64,000 nucleotides of DNA, from NCBI GenBank assembly GCA_903847585.1, contig CAINEC010000174.1, forward strand, positions 11,518 to 75,517, in the 5' to 3' direction. Shown piece after piece: positions 11,101 through 18,736 of this stretch (its first letter is position 1; every line of letters starts with the position of its first letter). Source of the stretch: an uncultured Bacteroidota bacterium. GTDB taxonomy: Bacteria > Bacteroidota > Bacteroidia > AKYH767-A > OLB10. The notes below the pieces were generated by a model. The model saw only the letters and a program-made list of their open reading frames with translations, was not told where the DNA came from and did no database searches. Made by a program: the position numbers and the translations under genes.

Positions 11101-11272
11101 TGCTCCAATTGCGAGAGCCTATAATTATAGTGATGGTTCGTACGAATCAGGACTAGGGAATAGCATAAACAAGTTGTTTGATTCTCCAATCTTTAGAAAA
11201 GATTGGAATCAATCCTACGATAAATTTCGTTTCGGTTCTAGTTTCCAGGTAGGTGTTTCTTATAAGATATAA
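8162..11272 (+). CDS. TonB-dependent outer-membrane receptor with an N-terminal CarboxypepD_reg domain
   Basis: 1036 aa with a signal peptide. GTVRGKIIDTNGETLIGVTVMLKN is the carboxypeptidase-regulatory-like fold. The plug region is SRVSGVSTNGGFITVRGIGDRYVKTSVNGSMIP, followed by a long beta-barrel with alternating-residue strands to the C-terminus. Confidence 0.9.
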   Translation: MKKPILLLVILISCVVSSFGQGTVRGKIIDTNGETLIGVTVMLKNNRSVGTSSDFDGNYSLTFKDAGPQVLVFTYVSYKTQEITVNPEGKVVVKDIIMESSAQELKGVEVSAKATKAREYFSEMVKKNAAVSMDYISSETMKKTGDANVVAAVSRVSGVSTNGGFITVRGIGDRYVKTSVNGSMIPTLDPFTNNIKLDLFPASLIDNVFITKTASPDLPGDWAGAFLSVETKDYPDNLAINVETSFGYNNQSSFKNVVSSDRSSTDWLGYDDGFRSYDHASFAFANTEPTLLQTFSALGLGDYFSSLGVTSIDPTEDIFNTYYKLGLVQLGLLAPALFDDPTAFNQAKDLFNAGGYKSDAFNSINANAPASAKRFANNWNTTTWNAPLNFSQSFSIGNQVNLFGRPLGFIAGFKYGSSVVYDPQSEVVRWVYDELEGQKRTENISQQASRETNGWSALFNVAYKLNPNNSVSFLFMPNLTGVNNVRNSFDNSEPQLTRITKSQFFEQRSQLVYQYKSEHYIPKYKLKIEANASYTNGNSQIPDFKNIRYIENIDGTFQIEGTTGSIARFYRYLNDDFFDSRISFELPISKDTTGLSRKLKFGGAYQRNNKEYDQYQYDVRTERSTFSGDLNSFLDNSYFDIQTIGGVSSFSTYYNSSEYSNFGPVNHTFGNTSIFAGYVMSDYAINKKLRVSGGVRLEKADFYTDVVLFDSLNYAPDDDRRVYDNSLPIANPGELNELSVLPSINVVYKLKEKEGAPTNIRLNYSSSVARPSIRELSDIAVFDYEYRLAVIGNSDLKMVNINNYDIRYEKYYPSGNDFSASMFFKTFKNHIELVNSNFITWQNVDYSTVVGAEFEGKRKLTKKLEGRTNITFVKSATEVVQSTIYVNNGIKNFVPIDTVKRSMFGQAPYIFNAILTYNEDSLGLSVSLSYNVQGPRLVLSVGQTDVPDIFELPRNTIDLKVSKKLGKHFTVSLTGRDLLNAPIARAYNYSDGSYESGLGNSINKLFDSPIFRKDWNQSYDKFRFGSSFQVGVSYKI

Positions 11273-11276
11273 TACA

Positions 11277-12587
11277 ATGAAAACGATAATTAAATTCATA
11301 GCTCTGTTTTTGTTTATTGGATTAAACACGCAGGCGCAAATTCAAAATGTAATAGTTGAAAAATACTATGTTGCTGATTCATTCGATATTGCTAATACCG
11401 ATGGTGGTCAGTTGCAACAAGGTGCGGTGACTTATCGCGTATATGTTGACTTAGAAAGTGGAAGTAAAATTTCACGCATTTTTGCTGATTCATTGCATTT
11501 GTTAAAATTTAAAAGCAGTCAGCCTTTTTTTAATAACGACACTCTAAGTACTTTTAATGGAGGTACCTACGGATTTAAAATCAATAGAAATGATTTAGCA
11601 ATCAATACCGTTGGTTTAGATAGTTGGATTAGTATCGGTGCAGCAACAAATAAACATCATGGTATTTTAAAAACAGAAGATACCGATGGTACTGAAGTAG
11701 GTGGGACGAACAATGATCAGAATTTATTAAGTAATACCGATCCAAGTGCAGGTATTCCTTTAACAACGCAAGATGGTTTGATTTTATCAAGTGTACTTGT
11801 ATCAAACTATTTAGTAGGTGGCGATTTTCCGGCTATTAATTCATTAAACGATTCAACTATATTTGGTAGTGATACTGCAACAGCATTTATAACTCCAAAT
11901 GCTACCTTGCAATTTAATGGTGGTATATTAGGACAAGGTCCATCAAACAATGTATTGGTTGGTCAATTTACTACAGCTGGTCAATTGGAGTTTGAATTAA
12001 ACATTACCGTTATTGATAGTACGGGAGCTACAATTAATTATGTTGCTTCTGGTAATGACACAGTTATTCAAAATTCAATTTATAAATCATTGCCATTATT
12101 AAAGTATCCACCACAATGCGGATGTTTAGATCCTAATTATATTGAATACAATGCTCAAAATGCTTGCAGCGATTCTTCTAAATGTTTAACGTTGGTGAAG
12201 CTAGGTTGTATGGATACACTTGCATGTAACTATGATGTTGATGCAAATTACTCTGTACCTGAAATGTGTTGTTATCCTGGATACTGCAACGATCGTGATA
12301 TTGCATTTGTTTGTCCAGATATTAATACAGGGAATCGTATTATGACGGTGTTTCCAAATCCTACCAATAGCGAGATTAATATCAATCTTGATGGTGTAAA
12401 AAATATTGGTGAGACACAATTTGTGTTGTTGAACTCATTCGGGAAAGAGATGATGAACTTTTCAGAAAACATTTCAGAAGGCGTTTGGACAAAAAACATT
12501 TCGCTTAACAATTTAGTTAGTGGAATCTATATTTTAAAAATGATTTCTAACGAAGAAGTTCAATCGCAGGTCATCATTAAAAATTAA
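11277..12587 (+). CDS. Secreted protein, paralogue 3 of the unassigned domain family, with a Cys-rich module and a T9SS CTD
   Basis: ATG at 11277 (MKTIIKFIALFLF...AQ signal peptide); the track start at 11253 is a GTG inside the receptor gene. Shared blocks EKYYVADS, GAVTYRVYVDL, DSWISIGA, GILKTEDTDG, DPSAGIPLTTQDG and FTTAGQLEFELNI. The CTD is VFPNPTNSEININ...GIYILKM. Confidence 0.8.
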   Translation: MKTIIKFIALFLFIGLNTQAQIQNVIVEKYYVADSFDIANTDGGQLQQGAVTYRVYVDLESGSKISRIFADSLHLLKFKSSQPFFNNDTLSTFNGGTYGFKINRNDLAINTVGLDSWISIGAATNKHHGILKTEDTDGTEVGGTNNDQNLLSNTDPSAGIPLTTQDGLILSSVLVSNYLVGGDFPAINSLNDSTIFGSDTATAFITPNATLQFNGGILGQGPSNNVLVGQFTTAGQLEFELNITVIDSTGATINYVASGNDTVIQNSIYKSLPLLKYPPQCGCLDPNYIEYNAQNACSDSSKCLTLVKLGCMDTLACNYDVDANYSVPEMCCYPGYCNDRDIAFVCPDINTGNRIMTVFPNPTNSEININLDGVKNIGETQFVLLNSFGKEMMNFSENISEGVWTKNISLNNLVSGIYILKMISNEEVQSQVIIKN

Positions 12588-12589
12588 AA

Positions 12590-13342
12590 ATGGAAACAAC
12601 GTTTATGAATTACTTTAAAAAATATTTCTATTTATTTCTATTACTTTTTGTCATCACCATTGGATTTACAGCTTGTGATGATGATGAAGTGACACCTGTA
12701 ATTGTTAATGAAACAGGTAGTGTTACGGATATAGAAGGTAACGTGTATAAAACAGTTAAGATTAACGGTAAATGGTGGATGGCCGAAAATTTAAAAGTGA
12801 AAACTTTTAATGACGGAACATCCATTAACAATGGCCAAACAGATTTTAGCTGGAAGGATTCATTACCTGCTTATTGCTTGTATAATAATTTAGGAACTGC
12901 ACCAGGATTATTGTATAATTCATATGCTGTATTAAGTGCCAAAGGATTGGCTCCTCAAGGATGGCATATTGCAACCGATGAAGAATGGAAGGCCTTAGAA
13001 CAATCGCAGGGAATGTCTGCTGCAACAGCTAATTCATTTGGATGGAGAGGAAGTGATGAGGCTCAGAAATTAAAAATTGAAGGAGCTAAAGGATGGGTGC
13101 GTTATTTAGACCTATGGCCTACTAATGAGTCTGGTTTTTCAGCAAGTGCGGGTAGCTGCCGTTTGCCAAATGGTGTTTTTGGTGATCCTGGTTTAATGCA
13201 TACGGGATTTTGGTGGACAACAACAGCAGATAATGTAAGTGGTGAACTTTTGTATCGTTACATGGATTATAAGAAGACAAGTATTCTGCGATCGCACAGC
13301 GAAAATGGTTACGGATTCAGTGTTCGATGTGTCAAAGATTAA
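12590..13342 (+). CDS. FISUMP (Fibrobacter succinogenes major paralogous domain) lipoprotein
   Basis: Lipobox ITIGFTAC. Hallmark sequence TDIEGNVYKTVKINGKWWMAENLKV...GWHIATDEEW...GFWWTTT...GFSVRCVKD. Confidence 0.85.
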   Translation: METTFMNYFKKYFYLFLLLFVITIGFTACDDDEVTPVIVNETGSVTDIEGNVYKTVKINGKWWMAENLKVKTFNDGTSINNGQTDFSWKDSLPAYCLYNNLGTAPGLLYNSYAVLSAKGLAPQGWHIATDEEWKALEQSQGMSAATANSFGWRGSDEAQKLKIEGAKGWVRYLDLWPTNESGFSASAGSCRLPNGVFGDPGLMHTGFWWTTTADNVSGELLYRYMDYKKTSILRSHSENGYGFSVRCVKD

Positions 13343-13360
13343 ATCAAAAAAATCATAAAG

Positions 13361-13386
13361 AAGAGGCCCTTAGGGGCCTCTTTTAT
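13361..13386 (+). terminator. Rho-independent terminator after the FISUMP gene
   Basis: aagaggccc-ttag-gggcctctt perfect stem followed by a T-tract, 19 nt after the stop codon. Confidence 0.8.
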
Positions 13387-13536
13387 TTTAATGTTAACAG
13401 AATGTATTTTCAAAGTAAATGTCTTAACATTAAAGTGCTTTAAAGGTAAAGATTTCATAAGTTATTTTTTCAGTTAAATTTTTGTTGGCGTTCTACTTTT
13501 GGTGCAGGAAAAATAAAAAACCAAAATTATAAACCA

Positions 13537-15213
13537 ATGAAAAAATTAATTACAAGAATTGCATTAGCAGCATCGGCTGTATTTGCATTGGCAACAACAT
13601 CGTTTGCCCAAACAAATTTAGGAGCAGATTGCGGATGTCCATCTGTATCTAACCGTACTACAACTGTTTTATTATCATCTCTAGCTACCGTAGGTGGTAC
13701 TGATGATGGTAACTTAACAGATTCTATCACTATCCTTGATTGTTCAAAATTGTACATCTTGGATAAGAAAATTTATGTGCCTAATGGAAAATCGTTAATT
13801 ATTAACCCAGGTGTTGTTGTTAAAGCTCGCTCTTATTCTACTGCCGATTCAGCTGTTGCATTAACAGTTTCAAGAGGAGGTAAAATTTTCGCTAATGGAA
13901 CTGAATCATGTCAGATCGTATTTACTGCTGAAGCAGATCCAATGGATGGAACTTATGCATTATCAAACAAAGGAAAATGGGGTGGTATTGCTATCGCTGG
14001 TAAAGCAACAAACAACTTAAAGTTATCTCCAAACGGTCCTTTCTCTGTTGGTGTTGCTGGTAAAATTTGTGTTGCTGATGGATTAGGAACTTTCGAAGGT
14101 TTCAACTCAACTAACTACAAAGATCAATTTGGTGCTAATTTAACAGCAGGTGAAACTTTTAATGATAATGATAACTCAGGTATCATGACTTATGTTTCTA
14201 TCCGTCACTCAGGAGCTATCCTAGTTTTAGGTGGTGAGTTAAATGGTCTTTCTTTAGGTTCAGTAGGTCGTGGAACAACAATCGATCATATCGAGATTGT
14301 TTCTTGCGCTGATGATGCAATTGAAATGTTTGGTGGAACTGTAAACGTAAAGCACTATACTACATTATTTAACAATGATGATATGTATGATTATGATTTA
14401 GGATATACAGGAAAGGGTCAATTCATTTTTGGTATCTATGCTTCTGATACTACAGTTAGTGCTGATGCTGATAACGCTTTCGAAATGGATTCTGATGATC
14501 AAAAATCAAACTTACTTCCTCGTTCACATCCTGTTGTTTACAATGCTACAATGATTGGTAACAATAAGAAAACATTATCTGCTGATAATTCAGGTTTATC
14601 TGTTTTCCAAGCAAAAGAATTAGCTGAAGGTGAGTTTTACAATTCAGTTTTTGCAAACTTCCGTTATGGTTTAAATTTAATTAAGTCTGTTGGTACAAGA
14701 ACAGGTGGTTTCGAAGCATACCATAACTGGGCTAATACAGGTGGTAATTCAACTAACAGCTTAAAAATTAAGTGTAATGCATTTGTTGGTATAACAAAAG
14801 ATATCGCTATCGATAAAAATGCTGCTACAGCAGTTTCTGCTACTGACTCTGCACAATTCTTTACTACTGACTTAAATACAAGCTTTGCGTCATTACCAGG
14901 ATTCGTTCCAACATGGGCTGCAAACTTTACTACTAACACTGTTACTACAAAGTTTGATGCAGTTCCAAATCCACAAATCACCAACGCTGCAGGATGTCCT
15001 ACACCAGCAGCTGATGGTTTCTTCACTCCAGTAACTTACAAAGGTGCATTCCCTGCTACAGGTAAAAACTGGTTATCAAACTGGGCTTACGCTCAACTAC
15101 TTAACGTTACTACAGGATTACAGCCATGTGCTACTGATTGTAATGCTGATGGTATTACAAACAACGTTGACTTCTTACAATTATTAGGACAATTCAATCA
15201 GTCTTGTCAATAA
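13537..15213 (+). CDS. Secreted protein with beta-helix-like repeats and a C-terminal dockerin-like Ca-loop motif; function unknown
   Basis: Signal peptide MKKLITRIALAASAVFALATTSFAQ. Repetitive G/N/T-rich rungs (NATMIGN, YNSVFANF) and acidic motifs DDAIEMFGGTVN and DNAFEMDSDD. The tail is CATDCNADGITNNVDFLQLLGQFNQSC. Confidence 0.6.
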   Translation: MKKLITRIALAASAVFALATTSFAQTNLGADCGCPSVSNRTTTVLLSSLATVGGTDDGNLTDSITILDCSKLYILDKKIYVPNGKSLIINPGVVVKARSYSTADSAVALTVSRGGKIFANGTESCQIVFTAEADPMDGTYALSNKGKWGGIAIAGKATNNLKLSPNGPFSVGVAGKICVADGLGTFEGFNSTNYKDQFGANLTAGETFNDNDNSGIMTYVSIRHSGAILVLGGELNGLSLGSVGRGTTIDHIEIVSCADDAIEMFGGTVNVKHYTTLFNNDDMYDYDLGYTGKGQFIFGIYASDTTVSADADNAFEMDSDDQKSNLLPRSHPVVYNATMIGNNKKTLSADNSGLSVFQAKELAEGEFYNSVFANFRYGLNLIKSVGTRTGGFEAYHNWANTGGNSTNSLKIKCNAFVGITKDIAIDKNAATAVSATDSAQFFTTDLNTSFASLPGFVPTWAANFTTNTVTTKFDAVPNPQITNAAGCPTPAADGFFTPVTYKGAFPATGKNWLSNWAYAQLLNVTTGLQPCATDCNADGITNNVDFLQLLGQFNQSCQ

Positions 15214-15254
15214 GCAATTAGTACAATTAATAATTATTATTAGAAATTTATTTT

Positions 15255-18200
15255 ATGAAAAAAATATTTAGTTTAATATTCGTTTTATCTGCATTGTTTG
15301 TTAGCAAATCGAATGCACAAAATGGATTAGAAAACGTAATCATCGAAAAGTATTACGTTTCTAACGCAGCAGATTCAGCTGCTAGCGCTACTGCAGCTGG
15401 TGGTAACTTACCTGTTGGTTCTGTAACTTACCGTATCTATGCTGATATGTTACCTGGTTATAAATTCCAGGCATTATATGGTGTTGCTGCACATCCTTTA
15501 ACAATTTCTTCTAGTACAACTTTCTTCAACGAAGAAAACTTTGGTGGAACTAGTCCTAATGGTATCTCTGCAAATAACAACAGAAGAAATGCTGTTATGT
15601 TAGATTCTTGGTTCTCAGTAGGAGCTTCAAGTGCTGGTAAAATGGGTGTATTAAAAACAGAAGATACTGATGGTTCAGTAGGTAACGCAAACAGTGTTTT
15701 AGCAAATGCTGATCCTTCTGCCGGAATCGCTATCTCTATTCAAGACGGACAAGTTGTTGCTACTCCTCAAGCAGTAACGTTTGTAGGTATTAATAACACA
15801 GGTAATGGTGACTTAGGAATTTTTGATGCAACTTCTGGCGTAGGTGGTTCATTCACTACATCAAATGGTTCTATCGCATCATTAAATGGTTCAACTGGTC
15901 CAACTGCAACTAACCGTGTATTAATTGGTCAGTTTACTACTAATGGTATCTTCACTTATGCATTAAACATTCAGGTAGGTACTCCTACAGGTGGTGTTCA
16001 AAATTTCGTTTCTTCAAATCCAACAGGGGCTGAAATTACGATTGCAAGTTTATCAGGAACTGTAGGTGCACCAAATGCATTACCAGCTGTATCATTTACT
16101 TCTCCTACTAATGGAGCAAGCTTTATTACAGGTTCATCAATCAGTTTAGAAGCTAATGCAACTGATGCTGATGGTACAATTACTCAAGTTGAATTCAAAG
16201 TTGATGGTGTTTCTGTAGGTGTTGATGCTACTGCTCCTTATACTGCATCTTATACAGGTGTTATTGGAACTCGTACATTAACTGCAACTGCTACAGATGA
16301 TCAAGGTGGTGTTACAACTGCTACAATCACTATCACAGTTTCTGCTAATCCCGCTCCAACTTGTACAATTACAGCTCCAACAAATGGTGCTAGTTTAATT
16401 ACAGGTGATGTAGTAAGTATCACTGCTAATGCAACAGATAATGGTTCTGTTACTCAAGTAGAATTCTTCGTTGACGGTGTATCTATTGGTACTGATGCTA
16501 CTTCTCCTTATGCTGCATCATGGACAGCTGTATTAGGTTCTCATTCTATTACTGCTGTTGCAACTGATGACCAAGCTGCAACAACAACTTCTACAGCAGT
16601 AGGTGTTAGCGTATTAAACAACGTTCCTCCTTCATGTTCAATTACTGCTCCTTCAGCTGGTGCTTTATATACAGCTCCTGCTGCAGTTAATATTACAGCA
16701 ACTGCAACTGACGGTGACGGATCAATCGCTAGCGTTGGTTTCTATGTAAATAACGTTTTAGTTGGAACAGATAACACTTCTCCTTATTCATTCTCTTGGA
16801 CAAGCGTAATCGGAAATGCTTCATTAACAGTTAAAGCAACTGACGATCGTGGTGCTATCACTACTTCTTCTGCAGTAGCTATTAGTATTGCTGATCCAAA
16901 TGCATTGCCGTATAATGTTCAATCTACAGTGGCGTCTTGTACTGAGACTACCGTTTGTATTCCAGTTATTGCATTCGATACAGTTGCTAACGTAATTGGA
17001 TATGATGTAGTAATGAACTACGACAAGACTAAATTAACTCCAACGGGAAATATCACAGTTGGTAGCGACTTAATCAACCCTTCTTTTGTAACGGCTATTA
17101 ACAGCATCGATACAACAAATAGCAAGATTACGATCGCTTTATTTTTAAACTCTGCAGCTCCTGCATCTACTAAGTTTACAGGTGTTGGTAATGTGTTCTG
17201 TGTTGAGTTCAACAAAACTGCAACATTTACTTCAACAGATGTAACAACTGTTTCTGTTTCAACATTACAAGAAAGTTATTTCAATGGTGTAACAGGAAAG
17301 TTAGTTCAATCAGGAACCTATCAAGCATTCAAAGATTCTGCTTACTCTGGTAAGTTAGCATTCTGGTCAAACAACTCGCCTATTAAGTACAACGCAGCTA
17401 ATCCTAATCAGTATTTAGCAACAACAATCAATGGTAACAATGCAAACTGTAATTTACCATCTTCAACTGTTACTAATCCTGATACATTAGGTAATTTCAG
17501 TTACAATGTAAATGATGGTGTTAACATTAACATCAATAAGGATATCCCTGCAACAACGGATATGCAACCAGTTATCAATGGATTCGATGCATTAAGAGCT
17601 CGTCAGGTATTATTAAATGACTTAACGTTCGTTCCTAATGTTTATCAAATCATTGCTATGGATGTTAACCAGGATGGAGTTGTATCTGCTGGTGACGTTT
17701 CTCAGATCAACCAACGTACAGTATTATTAATTGGTGAGTTCCGTCAAGCATGGAACTATAACGCGCAAGGTGTATCAAACGGACAGTTATCTAAAGACTG
17801 GAGTTTCGTTGATTCTGCAACGGTAGCTACAAATGCTGCATTTACAATCTCTGCAACTTATCCAAGTAATGATGGAGTAGGTTTCTCTAAATTTAAAGTT
17901 CCAGTATTGTCATTCTGTTCTCCAGTAAACGCAGTTACTTCTACTGCTTGTCCTACAATTTCAACAATGACTTACAAAGGAATTTTAATTGGTGATATCG
18001 ATGGAAACTATGCTACTGTTAATCCTAACACAGCATTCCGTTCATCTGAAAAAGTTACAATGGATTTATCAAAAGCTACAGTAGAAAATGGTTACATCAA
18101 TGTGCCAGTATTAATTTCTTCTACGCAAGATGTTAATTCATTAGACTTCGCTTTACAATTCAATACTTCTGCAATGTCATTCAATACAGTTGTTGATAGA

Positions 18201-18659
18201 ACAAACACAATGGAAACATTGTCGAACTTCAACAATGATGATCAAACTTTACGTTTCACTTCTAACAGCTTGACAAACTACGCTTTGAACGCTCAGATTT
18301 TAAATGTGAAATTTGCTATCGGAAGTCATGAAGTTTCTGCTAACGATTTCAACGCAGTTGCTGCTTACATCAATGGTGAGCGTGTAGCTTTCGAAGTTGC
18401 TAACGGACAAATTTCAGGAGCTGGTGCTATTGTTAATGTTTATCCTAACCCTGCAACTGATATGATTAATGTAGTTGTAAGTGAAGATGCAACAGTACAA
18501 TTAGTAGACGTATCTGGTCGTCAGGTAATTTATCAAACAAATGTATTAGCTAACGAAGCTGCTTCAATCAGCACTGCTTCTATTGCTAATGGCGTTTACT
18601 TGATGAAAGTTTACAATGGAACTAATGTTTCTGTAAAGAAAGTTGTTGTAAACAAATAA
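15255..18659 (+). CDS. Large multidomain secreted protein, paralogue 4: unassigned N-domain, 3 Ig-like repeats, cohesin-like, dockerin-like, cohesin-like, T9SS CTD
   Basis: 1134 aa. The N-terminus is QNGLENVIIEKYYVSN...GSVTYRIYADMLPGYKFQA...DSWFSVGA...VLIGQFTTNG. The cohesin-like block is VIGYDVVMNYDKTKLTP, the dockerin-like loop is MDVNQDGVVSAGDVSQINQRTVLL, and the CTD is VNVYPNPATDMINV...GVYLMKVYNG...VVVNK. Confidence 0.8.
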   Translation: MKKIFSLIFVLSALFVSKSNAQNGLENVIIEKYYVSNAADSAASATAAGGNLPVGSVTYRIYADMLPGYKFQALYGVAAHPLTISSSTTFFNEENFGGTSPNGISANNNRRNAVMLDSWFSVGASSAGKMGVLKTEDTDGSVGNANSVLANADPSAGIAISIQDGQVVATPQAVTFVGINNTGNGDLGIFDATSGVGGSFTTSNGSIASLNGSTGPTATNRVLIGQFTTNGIFTYALNIQVGTPTGGVQNFVSSNPTGAEITIASLSGTVGAPNALPAVSFTSPTNGASFITGSSISLEANATDADGTITQVEFKVDGVSVGVDATAPYTASYTGVIGTRTLTATATDDQGGVTTATITITVSANPAPTCTITAPTNGASLITGDVVSITANATDNGSVTQVEFFVDGVSIGTDATSPYAASWTAVLGSHSITAVATDDQAATTTSTAVGVSVLNNVPPSCSITAPSAGALYTAPAAVNITATATDGDGSIASVGFYVNNVLVGTDNTSPYSFSWTSVIGNASLTVKATDDRGAITTSSAVAISIADPNALPYNVQSTVASCTETTVCIPVIAFDTVANVIGYDVVMNYDKTKLTPTGNITVGSDLINPSFVTAINSIDTTNSKITIALFLNSAAPASTKFTGVGNVFCVEFNKTATFTSTDVTTVSVSTLQESYFNGVTGKLVQSGTYQAFKDSAYSGKLAFWSNNSPIKYNAANPNQYLATTINGNNANCNLPSSTVTNPDTLGNFSYNVNDGVNININKDIPATTDMQPVINGFDALRARQVLLNDLTFVPNVYQIIAMDVNQDGVVSAGDVSQINQRTVLLIGEFRQAWNYNAQGVSNGQLSKDWSFVDSATVATNAAFTISATYPSNDGVGFSKFKVPVLSFCSPVNAVTSTACPTISTMTYKGILIGDIDGNYATVNPNTAFRSSEKVTMDLSKATVENGYINVPVLISSTQDVNSLDFALQFNTSAMSFNTVVDRTNTMETLSNFNNDDQTLRFTSNSLTNYALNAQILNVKFAIGSHEVSANDFNAVAAYINGERVAFEVANGQISGAGAIVNVYPNPATDMINVVVSEDATVQLVDVSGRQVIYQTNVLANEAASISTASIANGVYLMKVYNGTNVSVKKVVVNK
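16076..16900 (+). repeat. Three tandem ~92-aa Ig-like (Big_7-type) coding repeats inside the 15255 gene
   Basis: The units begin ALPAVSFTSPTNGASFITG, NPAPTCTITAPTNGASLITG and NVPPSCSITAPSAGALYTA. Each contains ATD..G.(I/V)..V.F.V(D/N)..(S/L)(V/I)G.D...PY. and a T(A/V).ATDD.(G/A) block. Confidence 0.8.
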
Positions 18660-18674
18660 TAATTTTCTAATCTT

Positions 18675-18711
18675 AAAAGGTCGGTTCAAGTTTTTTGAAC
18701 CGACCTTTTTT
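18675..18711 (+). terminator. Rho-independent terminator after the 15255 gene
   Basis: ggtcggttcaa-gtttt-ttgaaccgacc perfect 11-bp stem flanked by an upstream A-run and a downstream T6 run. Confidence 0.85.
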
Positions 18712-18736
18712 ATAACTAGAATAAACTAATAAACCA

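Noticed and set aside
11253-11276. Track start of paralogue 3 inside the TonB receptor gene
   Set aside because: It is a GTG codon within the receptor coding region. The ATG at 11277 gives a canonical signal peptide (MKTIIKFIALFLF...).
8162-12587. Reading the TonB receptor plus the downstream gene as a canonical SusC/SusD pair
   Set aside because: The downstream product has none of the SusD features (no lipobox, no TPR-like helical pattern). It clearly belongs to the four-member beta-rich paralogue family instead.
13537-18659. Apparent compositional and codon shift (ggt/gct/act/tct-rich) here and at 56010-64000, considered as a sign of horizontal transfer
   Set aside because: The T/S/A/G/N-rich amino-acid composition of secreted repeat proteins explains it. 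There are no flanking tRNA, integrase, IS or direct repeats. I did not compute it quantitatively, so no claim is made.
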